Below are positions 17,999 to 37,491 of a stretch of 64,000 nucleotides of DNA, one piece after another (position 1 is the stretch's first letter; each line of letters starts with the position of its first letter). This DNA comes from the human T2T-CHM13v2.0 reference genome, Homo sapiens. The stretch lies in the NCBI RefSeq assembly GCF_009914755.1, contig NC_060925.1. One strand, given 5' to 3'. The position numbers and the translations under genes were made by a program. The notes beneath the pieces are model-generated. The model was not told where the DNA came from. It worked only from the letters and a program-made list of their open reading frames with translations, and ran no database searches.

Positions 17999-18304
17999 GG
18001 CAGGGCACTCTTGGCTCACGCCTGTAATCTTAGCACTTTGGGAGGCCAAGACAGGTAGATCACCTGAGGTCAGGAGTTAGAGACCAGCCTGATTGACATG
18101 GCGAAACCCTGTCTCTACCTAAAAAATACAAAATTAGCCGGGCTTGGTGGTGCATGCCTGTAATTCCAGCTACTTAGGAAGCTGAGGTAGGAGAACTGTT
18201 TGAACCCAGGAGGTGGAGGTTGCAGTGAGCCGAGATTGCGCCATTGCACTCCAGCCTGGCGACAAGAGTGAAACTCTGTCTCAAAATAAATAAATAAATA
18301 AAAA
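17999..18304 (+). mobile_element. Alu (S-type) abutting the exon-23 donor
   Basis: TSD AAATAAAGTAAAAATACT at 17981-17998 and 18302-18319. Confidence 0.95.
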
Positions 18305-18322
18305 TAAAGTAAAAATACTTAC

Positions 18323-18469
18323 TTTCTCTCTCTTTCTTCTTTAAACGCTTTCTCCTCCGATCAATGGAAGCTACTTCAGATTTTAATGACAGATAATGTT
18401 TTCTGATTTCTTGAAGTTTTTCTTGAAGAATTGTGATGCGTTCGGCACTTGTCATATTTTCCAGGTCCG
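18323..18469 (-). CDS. ARID4B: ARID4B exon 23 (147 nt; [49 protein letters not shown]; C-terminal coiled coil)
   Basis: TTTATAG| and AAA|GTAAGT; within ORF 18174..18539; phase 1-1. Confidence 0.95.
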
Positions 18470-18767
18470 CTATAAATTTAAAGCTTTCATTAACAGACAT
18501 TTTTAAAGAAAATTTTAACATACAAAAAGGAGAGAACATCGAGCATGGCTGCTGAATAAGGTTGAGGCAGATGAACTAAAAAACTAAGGCTTCTGAAATA
18601 TTTGTTTTCCAAATTTTTTATCTAGCCTAGAACAATGCCTGGCACATAATAAATGCACAATATTTGTTGAATGAATATGTACAGCATTAAACACCTTAAG
18701 ATCTACATATATCCACATCCATATACAGTATTACCACAGTAAAAAATCACACTTAAAAATAAAACTG

Positions 18768-19518
<751 letters not shown>

Positions 19519-19638
19519 ACCTAAAACATATATATATATACCTTTTTTTAAATGAAGATTTATGAAGATTTCTCACATATACAAAAGTATAGAGAGAAGG
19601 ATAGTGAACCCCATGTACTCATTATCCAGCTTCAGTAA

Positions 19639-20039
<401 letters not shown>

Positions 20040-20212
20040 ATATCAGAAATATCTAGTCAGTGTTGGCATTTGCCTCAACTGCCTTAAAATTTTTCTTTAA
20101 CCAATTTATTTATTCAAACCGGGATCCAAATAAGGTCTATACATTGTACATTAGTACATCTATTAAGTTTGGTAAAGCCTCTTTTTCAGAGTATTGGCAT
20201 GAAGAGTTACTA

Positions 20213-20833
<621 letters not shown>

Positions 20834-20884
20834 AGAGTTACTAGGATGAAGTTTGTATGCTTGTCAATTTAACATGTCACTTAC

Positions 20885-21100
20885 ACATCTGAAAACTCCA
20901 TTTGTAAACTTTGGGTAATCGATTACTGGGTTCCTTGAGATCAGGATCCTTATCACCATTCTTTCCACATTTTCCTGGAGACTGCGTCCTTGCGGGAGAT
21001 TTGGTACTATGAGACTTCATTCCAGTGGAAACTGATTTGACTGGCTGACTCTTAGTTATACTTTCACCAGCTGAAAGTTCTTCACTATCACTACTATTTG
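20885..21100 (-). CDS. ARID4B: ARID4B exon 22 (216 nt; T/NSSDSEELSAGES...PKVYKWSFQM)
   Basis: TCTCTTTCAG| and TGT|GTAAGT; within ORF 20877..21185; phase 1-1. Confidence 0.95.
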
Positions 21101-22137
21101 CTGAAAGAGAAAGAAAAGATTTAATAAACAAAAATGTAACAATAAATTTGTCACAGATTTTAGTAGGTAATTTAAAATTAGCCATTTGAATTTAGTCCTA
21201 CAGAAAACAACCTGCCTAGAAACCTGGAAAATCATATACAAATGCAGCAGCATCTTAGGAAAAGCAAAAACAAAAAATTCTTCTTACCTGAACTGCCAAT
21301 AATATGTATACTTTTAAAATCACTCACACTAATCTATCATTATGCTTGGTAGACTGTCAAATATACAGTAATCATCTGAATGGCTTTTTACTCTATTATG
21401 TTAATACATAAAATATATCATCTTTTAAAATGATTAATTGTAGAAACCTCTACAATGAATATGTAACATTGGGTATATGCAACATTTTCCTGCTCCTTTG
21501 GCCACAAACAAATAATGATGCACAATCATCATATTCAATAAAGAACTCCTCGGGAATAAACTCTGAAGTTTGATATGTATAATGAAATTACTCTTAAATA
21601 ACTCCTATGCTGTGGGTTGACTAAAATAATCAGTTTCACCCTAATAAAATATTCAGTATTTTATGAACAATTCAGAAGTCTGTGTAACAATTATGTTACA
21701 ACTGCTATTGCTAATTAAACTTCAGCACTAAAATGGAAATACTTGACCTTGACAGCTTACCATGTGAACAGGTAGGTGATGGGATTAGTATTTCCATAGA
21801 TAACCTCTTTCTGGATACAAAGTATTAGTTTAGATTCCATCAGAATTAATTCATGTTACTAAATTATTCTCTTGAATGGTTAACTCATTCTGATTTACCA
21901 TGGCAGAATCCCAATAAGTAAAATGGGAGAACACTATATCTCTGTATTATATGAATATACTAAATAACTCATTGAAGATGCGCTCTCTTAGGAAATGTCA
22001 TTTAAATAGTAAACTCTTGAAGACAAAAACATCACAGTGAAAGAAAAAACACTTTAAATATCCTACCAGTTACACCAAACAATTGATGACTGACTGATTT
22101 GGCATATATTTACTGATTTTTCACTTAACAACATCAC

Positions 22138-22138
<1 letters not shown>

Positions 22139-22170
<32 letters not shown>
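22139..22170. repeat. A32 homopolymer not attached to an Alu (U32 in ARID4B pre-mRNA)
   Basis: Direct reading. Confidence 0.95.
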
Positions 22171-22172
<2 letters not shown>

Positions 22173-22449
22173 AGTTAAACTCTCAAAGCCAGAAATTATT
22201 CCAAATAGTAAAGGTAGATAGCAGCAACTCCTCCCACTGTGAAATTTTGGGAATAAAGAAACTCCACCACTGGTTGACACATATACACAAATTCCCTCCC
22301 AGCTCCCCCACTGCTGCTCTGGAACCCCTGGCAACTCCTAGCTAAGCCACCCAAGGCTTGGCCCCACTCTATGCAGTGGACTGTCTCAGCCTGGCTTTCA
22401 TGGCCTTGCTGAGCACAGCCGCCCGGGGCCCCAGGGACGCCATATTCAC

Positions 22450-22605
22450 CGCCTGGAAGTCATATGGGCTCAGCAGAACCTCGGGGAGCTGGCCGAATAA
22501 CCCTTTTCTGCACTGAAGTGCAGCCAAGCCGGCTGCTAGCAAAGGTCAGGCAGTGGAGGTGGCAGGAGTCTCCTGGAAGAGCAGCAGGAGGTCAGTGTGG
22601 GGCAC
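22450..22605 (-). other. ARID4B: Candidate poison (PTC-containing) cassette exon of ARID4B in intron 21
   Basis: TTTTTTTTCAG|GTGCCCCACACTGA...CAGGCG|GTGAAT; GC-rich island in an AT-rich intron; in-frame TGA at 22594-22592. Confidence 0.55.
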
Positions 22606-23173
22606 CTGAAAAAAAATTCTTTACATATTTTCTGCTTCTTACTTTGTCTACAAAAGAGAGATAAAATGTGCAGCCCTCAGAAGAAATACAGTATATATAT
22701 TTTCTGTGGATTGATGCACGGAGTCGTTGCTAAAGTTGGAGCATACTTAGCAAAAAGTATTGTTTGTAGTTACTCTCAGGTCACATAATATAGAGTACCA
22801 AAGACAAATGTTGTAGACTGGAGTTGTTGGAATTATAGTTCTAAAGTTATCTTGATTGTTATACTTCTATGCTGATTTTGCCTTGAAGAATTACTAAGCA
22901 ATCAATTTCACTGTAATAAAAATAACATGTAGTTGAAATATTTCACAATGTGTGATACATTTTATAGCAAGTGAAAAGAACTGTGGAATACAAAGGTAAC
23001 AAATATGTTGATGTTTATAATATATTGGCTATTATTTCAAAAACAGATTACTTGATTTTTCATCAGCAATCAATACCACCGCTGAATAACACCAACTTGC
23101 TTAAAACTAGAATTTACCTAAGATTAGAAAACCTGTGTTTTTTTTGTTTTGTTTTGTTTGTTTTTGCAGAAAT

Positions 23174-23313
23174 TCTTTTTTCTTTTTATTATTATACTTT
23201 AAGTTCTAGGGTACGTGTGCACAATGTGCAGGTTTGTTACATAGGTATACATGTGCCATGTTGGTTTGCTGCACCCATCAACTCATCATTTACATTAGGT
23301 ATTTGTCCTAGTG
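23174..23313 (-). mobile_element. 5'-truncated L1PA 3' end (about 140 bp)
   Basis: TTATTATACTTTAAGTTCTAGGGTAC...GTGCAGGTTTGTTACATAGGTATACATGTGCCATGTTGG is the reverse complement of an L1PA 3'UTR end. Confidence 0.9.
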
Positions 23314-23501
23314 CATGTTTTTTTTTTGTCTATTTTGTTTTTTAAAGCAAGTAGCCTTACAGAATTTGTGTGACTTTTTTTGAGTGTACAGACAAAATCA
23401 AAATAGTGTACTATCCCATACCCTGAATACCATTTTCTTACTGGGGGTAAAATTATCAGCTATTATTTTTATATTTTAAAAATTAGAGATTTCACACTTA
23501 C

Positions 23502-23615
23502 TGCCTTTTCCCTTCTTTTTGTTGTTTACCACTGTTGCTTTATGGCTTCTTTTCTGCTTTTTTGATGAACTTCCTCCTCCCTGAGCATCTTTCACTCTTT
23601 TCTGACCTGTACAGG
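23502..23615 (-). CDS. ARID4B: ARID4B exon 21 (114 nt; A/CTGQKRVKDAQGGGSSSKKQKRSHKATVVNNKKKGKG)
   Basis: CCCTTCATAG| and GCA|GTAAGT; within ORF 23476..23778; phase 1-1. Confidence 0.95.
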
Positions 23616-24953
23616 CTATGAAGGGAAAGGAATTAAGTAACACAAAATAAAATCCAACATTCCCTAAGTATAAATTAATTCCACATTTTAGAAACATAGA
23701 ACAATCCAAAACTACATGTTCTTTATGACATTTATAAGTTGTCACAGAACTTACTACAATTTTTAAATAAACTGTCATTAATGGAAGCTCAATTCTTATA
23801 CATAATAAAAGTCAGGGTTTTTAAAAAGGCAAACAAAGTATGCACATCCTTCTTTAAAAAAATCAGATATAAACTGAAAATAGTCCTTAATATAGTACTG
23901 GGAGTTTATAAGCCTAGTAATTAAAAGTATATGCTGAAAATAAAAACTGAAATTTGTTAAGATTCAATAAAACCAAAATATTAAGACTTAATCACAGGTT
24001 AAAATGTTAATGACATTATGTCTTATAATCATATTAATATAATTTTTAAATGATATAAATGAGGTAAATTTTAGCAGTAATTCATACTTGGTTCTTTTTT
24101 ACCAATTTATGTCAAGAATAACTAAGCTCCCAGGGCACTGTTTGGTTAACATGCATACCATTTACAAATCCAACATAGTAGTTCTAAAAAACGTCTCATC
24201 TTCTTGGTGGGAAATTATTGCAAAACATTACAAATAAATGTCTCCCTTTTCTTCAAGGACTAGCCCAAGTCCTACATCTTCACTAAGATGTTCCAGGCTT
24301 CACTGATCAATCACTACTCTGAACTGTAGCATTTTTCTATACTACTCATTTGGTCCTTAACATCTGCTATATTTCTGTCTAATTCATATATGTTATCTCT
24401 CAGACTATATAAAGTAAGATTTTTTCTCCAGAGACTAATAAAGTACTATCTCCATTCAGTTCCAATGTCAGACACCAAATCAACCTTCTGTGTATAAAAC
24501 CTAACTTCCTTGATCAAAAACAGGACAAGTAATTAACTGTCTGCAACTTCCTAGCTTTTTTTTAATGGGTCATATAATCTTACTTACAACTTTTCCTAAT
24601 ACCTTTTTAAATTTTTAATATTTCTTTTTTATTTTTTACACCAAGTATGTGACCCACCTAATGTCATTTTAATATCACAATTTAAGTGAAACATAAAGGA
24701 GACGTAGATATTGACCATACTGAAGCACAGAACCATAATTGTCAGGTTTCTCTCCAAGAGAGTTTAATTCTAAAGTGTTCAGATACTAAGAAATAAAAAC
24801 CTTCAATGTAGAGTAAATTAAGAGGAAAAAACTACATCTAAATAGTAAAACTTAAATTTTAACTTGTGATATAGTGGGGAGTCTCCAATATTCATAGTAA
24901 GTAAATTTATTAAAATGTGGCCATGTGAAACAGGTGCTTAAGAACCTATTTCT

Positions 24954-25793
<840 letters not shown>

Positions 25794-25811
25794 CTATAAC
25801 AATAAAACCTG

Positions 25812-26145
25812 TTTTTTTCTTTCTTTTCTTGTTTTTTCTTTTTTTTTTTTTTTTTTTTTTGAGACAGGGTCTTGTTTTATCACCCAGGCTGGAGTGCAGT
25901 GGCGTGATCTTGGCTCACTGCAGCCTTTCCGGGATCAAGTGATTCTCCCTCATCAGCCCCCAAGGTAGCTGGGACTACAGGCATGCGCCACCACAGCTGG
26001 CTGACGTTTGTATTTTTGGTAGAGATGGGGTTTTGCCATGTTGTCCAGGCTGGTCTTGAACTCCTGGACTCAAGCGATCCACCGCCTTGACCTCCCAGAC
26101 CTCCCAAATTGCTGGGATTACAGGTGTGAGTGACCACACCTGGCC
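25812..26145 (-). mobile_element. Alu (J-like)
   Basis: Reverse-complement Alu, tail to tail with the preceding copy. Confidence 0.9.
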
Positions 26146-27285
26146 AGTAAAATCTTACTGTTGAAAGCCTAATATTCTGAAATAAAGGATTCTTTCATTT
26201 TGAAGATTAGTCATGCCTGGATAGTTCAGTTGCATGAGATAGTATGGCACAGATAAAATCATAGTAGTTATACTTGTAAATGTGAAAAAAAGCAAAGAAC
26301 ATTTCAATTTAATTGCAAGTATTTTTTTAATTTATTTTAAAACAGAAATGTTTTAAGTCAAGATTCCTGAGAAAACATAGAATTAACTAATTTGATCTAG
26401 ACCATATCTCTTTAAGCTTTGCTGAAAACCTAAAGCTAGCATTCTAAAATCTTTTACGGTATATAAAAAACATACTCCAGTGCTCTGTCTTTACGATGGA
26501 AAAGTGTGTTCCAAAGCCAGGTGTCAGCCTAGAGTATACTGATTTAAAGATACCTGAATGAAGTGGTTTATAAGAAAAATGATGACAGAAGTATGGCTAT
26601 GGCACCATCGAAAGGCACTAATACTTTGGGAAGGTACCGATTTGAATTTCCACTTTTAACAATTTCACGGAAAATCAAAAAAGTATTACTGTAGGTTATT
26701 AACGTACACATTGGTCCTTCAATTTGGAAGCTATGCATCTAAGAAAGCATCAAATTCCTTTACAAACTCACACAAGTTAGTCAGGCTTGAAAATCAGTTT
26801 GACACGGTTGTCTGAGGAAAGCAGTGCCTGGACAGTTGGTTGCTCCAAACCCCTACATACAGTATTTGGTTAAGGGTGGAGGGGTCTGTCAATAAATCAA
26901 AATGTTCGTGAGAAACTGCACATTACAATTGCAAAAACAATGTTACAGAAATAGATTTAAGCTGCTCATGCCATATAGTCAACCACTGCATATAATGAAT
27001 TCTCAAACAGGTTTGGATTTGGGCCTGGGTGCAATTTCTAGCATGTGTTCTGGTCCACAATAAAATGCCATGGATGGCTCAAGCAAAGCACATTAAAGCC
27101 TTCTCAAGCTTTTAAATGCATTCCACTATTCATTTTCAAATTACCTTTAAAATTTCCATTTTTACCATGTTCACACAAATATGACACTTAATCGCCTCAG
27201 GTTATAACAAGAGATACTGTGAAATCATTGAAACTTTAAGAGGGGAAACCCTAAAATAAGTCAACATACACATTTTCCTTCTCAC

Positions 27286-28494
27286 CTTTTTCAGGATGTT
27301 CTGGTTCTGGCTGATTACTACTGCTTGAGCTCACACTGGCATCAAAACCTGCTGGCGAGCTATTCCCTTCAGACTGGAGGTCTTGGAGCTCCCCAGCAAC
27401 ACTATCCACCTCAATTGTGCTATCAGTTTCACTCTTGATACTTCGAACCTCTTCTTGGTTTGGAGCCAGTGGTTCTGATACTGTTACAGAAGACTGCTGC
27501 CGGCTGCCTTCTGTTACAGTGACTGATGAAGGCGATTCAGGTGTAGTAGGAGGGGTATTTAGCACTGAATTACTGCCACTACTTGGAAATTCTGCTTTTC
27601 TGTCATTGACCTCTACTGTTTTTTCTTCAATGGGTTTACTATCGACATTGACTGGAGGTGGTTTTTCTAGTTCTACACTGGGTGAACAACTCTCCTCTTC
27701 AGCCACAGTCTGCAGTGACTCCTCTGCCACCCCCTCCTCTGGGGCAGGATGCGGTGGGGAAGCTGCAGCCTCAGTATCAGAGTCTGAAAAAAGCTCTTTC
27801 AGCGTTTTTTTAGGCCACTGTCCCTGAATACTTGACCAGACATCTTTTCGATCTTTGGCCCTGCTGTTTTGAAGTCTTTCATCAGAGTTATTTAAAAGTT
27901 TAATCCTTTTTTCTGCCACTTCTGAAAATCCTGAATAGAAACCAGTTGTCCGTAGAGATTTTCTTTTTTCCTCCAAACCATTGTATTTCTTAGTTGGTGT
28001 CATCTTTGCTTTTGTTTCTTCTTCATCTTCATCTGAAGAGCTGTTGCTACTGTTTTCCATGCAAAGTGATTCTTTGTTCTTGGCCTTCTCTTCCTTTTTG
28101 CCAGGTGATCCAGTTTTTAGACACTCTTCTGTATTGCAATACCTTCTTTTACCACGTTTTATTTGTGGTTTTGAAGATTTATCTGTTGTGTCCTTCTTGA
28201 CATCCTTTCTCTTTTTTGTGACTTCATCTTCTTCATAATCAGTATCTTCGGATAATACTTCTATATCTTTCCTTAATCTTTCTGGAGATTTTGACACTGG
28301 TTTGGATATTACCAAATCTGCATGAACTTTGTTTTCTTCTAGCAAAGATGAACTGTTCTGTTCCTCCTTTGAAATAAGATCATTTCTGTTGTTGGTCAAA
28401 TGATCAATCTTAGATTCCTCTTTGCCATTATTATCCATGTCTTGAGCACCTCTCTCATCTTCCTGCTCACTGTCTTCAGCAGAACTTTCAGAAG
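27286..28494 (-). CDS. ARID4B: ARID4B exon 20 (1209 nt; A/SESSAEDSEQEDERGAQDMDNNGKEES...QPEPEHPEK)
   Basis: TTTTCTAG| and AAG|GTGAGA; matches the 395-aa ORF 27251..28438; phase 1-1. Confidence 0.97.
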
Positions 28495-28913
28495 CTAGAA
28501 AATAACAGAAAAAAAAATGATGAGTATGATAAGAACACTAGCAATGTCTTCTATGTGCCAGGGACTGTATATATTAGGTCCTGTGTATACAGCCACCCGA
28601 GGTTGCTGGCTTTTATCTCTATGTAACATGCAAAGAAACTGGGTTTCAAAGAGGCTAAGAGGCTCTTCCAATGATGGAAATGTTCTATTACGATCACGGT
28701 GATGGTTGTAACACTGTATACTTTTGTCAAAACCCATCACATTTTAAACATAAAAGTCATCACTTTTATGTAAACTGTACCTTAATAAAGCTGAAATAAA
28801 AAAGAAAAAAGCTTCTCCAAGTTTATATAAGTATAATATTTTTATCATAATATATCTGAGAAAATAGTGGAGTCAGGATATAATCCCAGATTGTGCTACC
28901 TCCAAGTTAATAT

Positions 28914-29779
<866 letters not shown>

Positions 29780-30502
29780 AGCTTCATTTTTCAATGTAAT
29801 AATGAATATCCAATAATTTTGTAATCAATGATTTCCATGATGTTTTAAAGAATAGATATAATTAATTTTAGTTACTGATAACTTATGTAAAATTAATTAT
29901 GGAACTTACTGCTTCAGTGTGTTCATTCTGGTAAATCATTTTATTGTTATTTTAAGATAACATTTCCTGAGAACTTACTACATGCTGGTTACTTTTGATA
30001 CACTTTGAACAGACCATCTCATTCAATCCTCAGAACAATGCTACGAGATACATGTTATCAGCCCCACTTTATAGTTCAAGAGACTAGGGTCTTAAATAAA
30101 TAAGAAAAACAAACAAACAAAAAGCAACACAACAAAACAAAGCAAAAAAAAAGGGACTGGGGTTTAGAGGTTAATCTACCCCCCAAGGTAGTTAAATCTA
30201 AGTCATTTAACTCCAGAACTTACAACCTTAACTATAGCTCTCTACTGAGAAATCCATGCATGTTCTTTAGCTAAATTCATTAAATGTAAAACATAACTGA
30301 CATAACTAAGATTGTGAAACCATTTCACCTTTACAATGTGTGTCTGCATGGCCACATTTTTTAAATTATCAAAACAATACATATACATCATTAAAAACAA
30401 ATCTAGACTCATAATGAAAAACCAAAAAGAGGATAAAAATCTGTTTTTCCACCTCCAAAGTGTTAACATCTGATAGTTATAGTCATCTCTTACTATTCAT
30501 AA

Positions 30503-33083
<2,581 letters not shown>

Positions 33084-34819
33084 TTATTCTTGTTTTATAG
33101 ATACTGTAGGTTCTCTGAGATTAACAAGAGATGATTAAGAATGCCCTATTAAAACTTGATTGACACTACTGTTAGTAGGATTTATTAACTGATAGGCTTT
33201 ACGTGATTCATCCCGGATCTAGTTTACTCTAGGGGATTTCCACTGCCAGAATGTAGAAGATTATTCTCCAGAGACATTCAATTTCTCCACAGAACTCCAA
33301 CTACCACTGTACCTCTAGTTTTATTCCCAACCCATCTCAGGACAAGAGGATAGAATCTTAGCTGTCTGTGTTCTCTACTCACAAGGGGCATCAAATTTTT
33401 ATGTATACATATACATACACATATGCATTCATATGATGATCATTAATTAACTGGAAATATTTGAAATGTCTTCAATTTGATCTGTGGCCAAAGATAAAAA
33501 ATAAAATTCACTGAAAAAAGAAAATATGAAGAGAATACTTAAAATGTTAAAAGTATGCAAATATGATACTCATTGTTGAACTAACAGGAAAAATATGGGA
33601 AAGGATCAAAATGTCTTTTTTTAGCAACTAATTAAATAAATTATGATATATCTATTCAGTAGATGTGGATGTGCCGATTTGGAAAGATTTATAAGTTATA
33701 CCACTAAGTAGGGGAAAAAAAGAGTTTGTAATATGTTAATGATCCCATCTGTAAAAAGACTGCACACATGTGAGTGTCTATTACACATATAGGATAAATA
33801 TGTGTGTGGGGGGGTTTGGGGTCATTGTATATGTGTTATATGTATGTGTGTGTGTATATATACTCATATGTCATATATATGGTATATAAATGCAATTTCT
33901 GAAATAATATAAACCTATAAAAATGGGGGAAAATACGAAAGAAAAGCAACACAATTTGCAAGTCAGAAAGCAGATAAATGAATGACGGGCACCAAAGAAG
34001 GCTAAACCTCATACCAGCAGTGAGGAAAGCCAAAAACCAACCCAGTTTACCATAGAAACCTCAATAATTACTGACTGCCCTAGTGCCTATGAAAATTAAA
34101 AAGGGCAGTGGGGAGCCTCATACAAGGAGCACTGGGTGAAGACTAAAAATTACTTAGATGCCTAGATCCCCACCTCACTTCAGGTTGGAAGGTGACTGCC
34201 CTTCTAGAGCTTTATTCTCTGAAGACAGTAGGAGAGGGCTCCTAGCCTGGGAGATGCTAACAACTGTTGAAGGCACAGGTACAGATGCGATGCTGAAATT
34301 AGGGGGATTCATGAACATATCTAACCACTAAGAATCCTCCACCCCACTCTCTGTTCTTCAACTAGATCCTAGAACACTGGAAACCATTCTCTTACCACCC
34401 TCCAGTCAAGAGATTGGAACTCTTTTCTCTGGAAGCCAACTAGTCTAAGAGAAAAAGACCTAAAGACTTCATATTATGAATTCCCTAGGACATGGCCAAC
34501 CAGATCACCCGATAGTGAAACTCAAGGTCAACAAGTGCCAACCATATGCTTGCAATTTCCAAATCAGTTTAGTCTTTCCTTCATAATCATAAGACAGCCA
34601 GGAAAAAAAATTCTTAATAGGGAAGAGCTCAAAACAACAACACAGAAAAAAGCAAATTAGAGGTAACTGAAAAAACCAAAAATTATAAAATCCTTTGAAA
34701 GATCAAAATCCGAAAGGTAAGGTATTGCATCCATCTATAAGAACAGAGTGGTACAAAACACACAGAAAACAGAGCTCTTGAAAAATTAAACTAGTTTAAT
34801 TTAAAAATATTCATTGAAA

Positions 34820-36334
<1,515 letters not shown>

Positions 36335-36904
36335 CTATGAATAGAATAAAGATATTTGCAAAAATAAATACAGATATTTAAATGCAGCCAATCTCTAAAA
36401 ATTCCATCTCATGCACTTGTTCTTTAGAAGCTACTAGAGAATGTGCTCCACCAAAATGAAAGTATGGGGGTGGGGAGGAACCTGAGATGCCAAAAACAAA
36501 GAAATCCAAGAACTACATTAAAGGAGATCCCTAGAATGGGATCTCCCTAGGAAAATAGCTGTGCAACAGATATAGAGGGAAACCAGTCCAGACTACAGCA
36601 GTGTTATTTCCAAAGAAAGTCATACTGCAGGCTATTATCATTAAGCTACCTGCTACCGCCTCTCTGTAGTCTTTGAATGCCTGAGTGACCCAGACTGGAT
36701 TTTAAAATCTGTATTTATCTTGTTTCAACTATGTGTCAATGAAATTCCAGCTCTCCCTTCCATGTCTTATGTGCCACTACCTAGATCAGCTAATGACATC
36801 ATTTTATCCAGCAGAAACATTCTGACCTACTTGTGAAAAATAGGGGTAAATCACCATAAGCCTAGAATGAGAATATATATAGAGTAGTCTGCTACTACGA
36901 CTGA

Positions 36905-37256
<352 letters not shown>

Positions 37257-37491
37257 AAATGTGTCAGATATTCTAACTGTAGTGGACCCCTAGGTTTATC
37301 AGAACTGGCTTATGACCTGTCCAACTGAATTCTCTAGAGGGGCTTTTGTAAACTCTCAGAGAAGCTAAATCTGAAATCAGAGTATGACTTAGAATCTCTA
37401 TTCAGGTAACATTCTCAGAAAGCCTTCATCTGAGCCTTCTTATAAAACTAGGCTTATGCTTGTTACTCAATTTTTAAAAAACTAAAAAACA

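Noticed and set aside
26554-26738. Possible 185-nt cryptic exon in intron 20 (CTTTCTTAG| ... CAG|GTATCT)
   Set aside because: Weak donor; AG/GT pairs like this are common and nothing else supports it.
27417-28238. Plus-strand ORFs antisense to exon 20, and similar ones at 59491-59804
   Set aside because: Shadow ORFs caused by the biased codon content of the sense exon.
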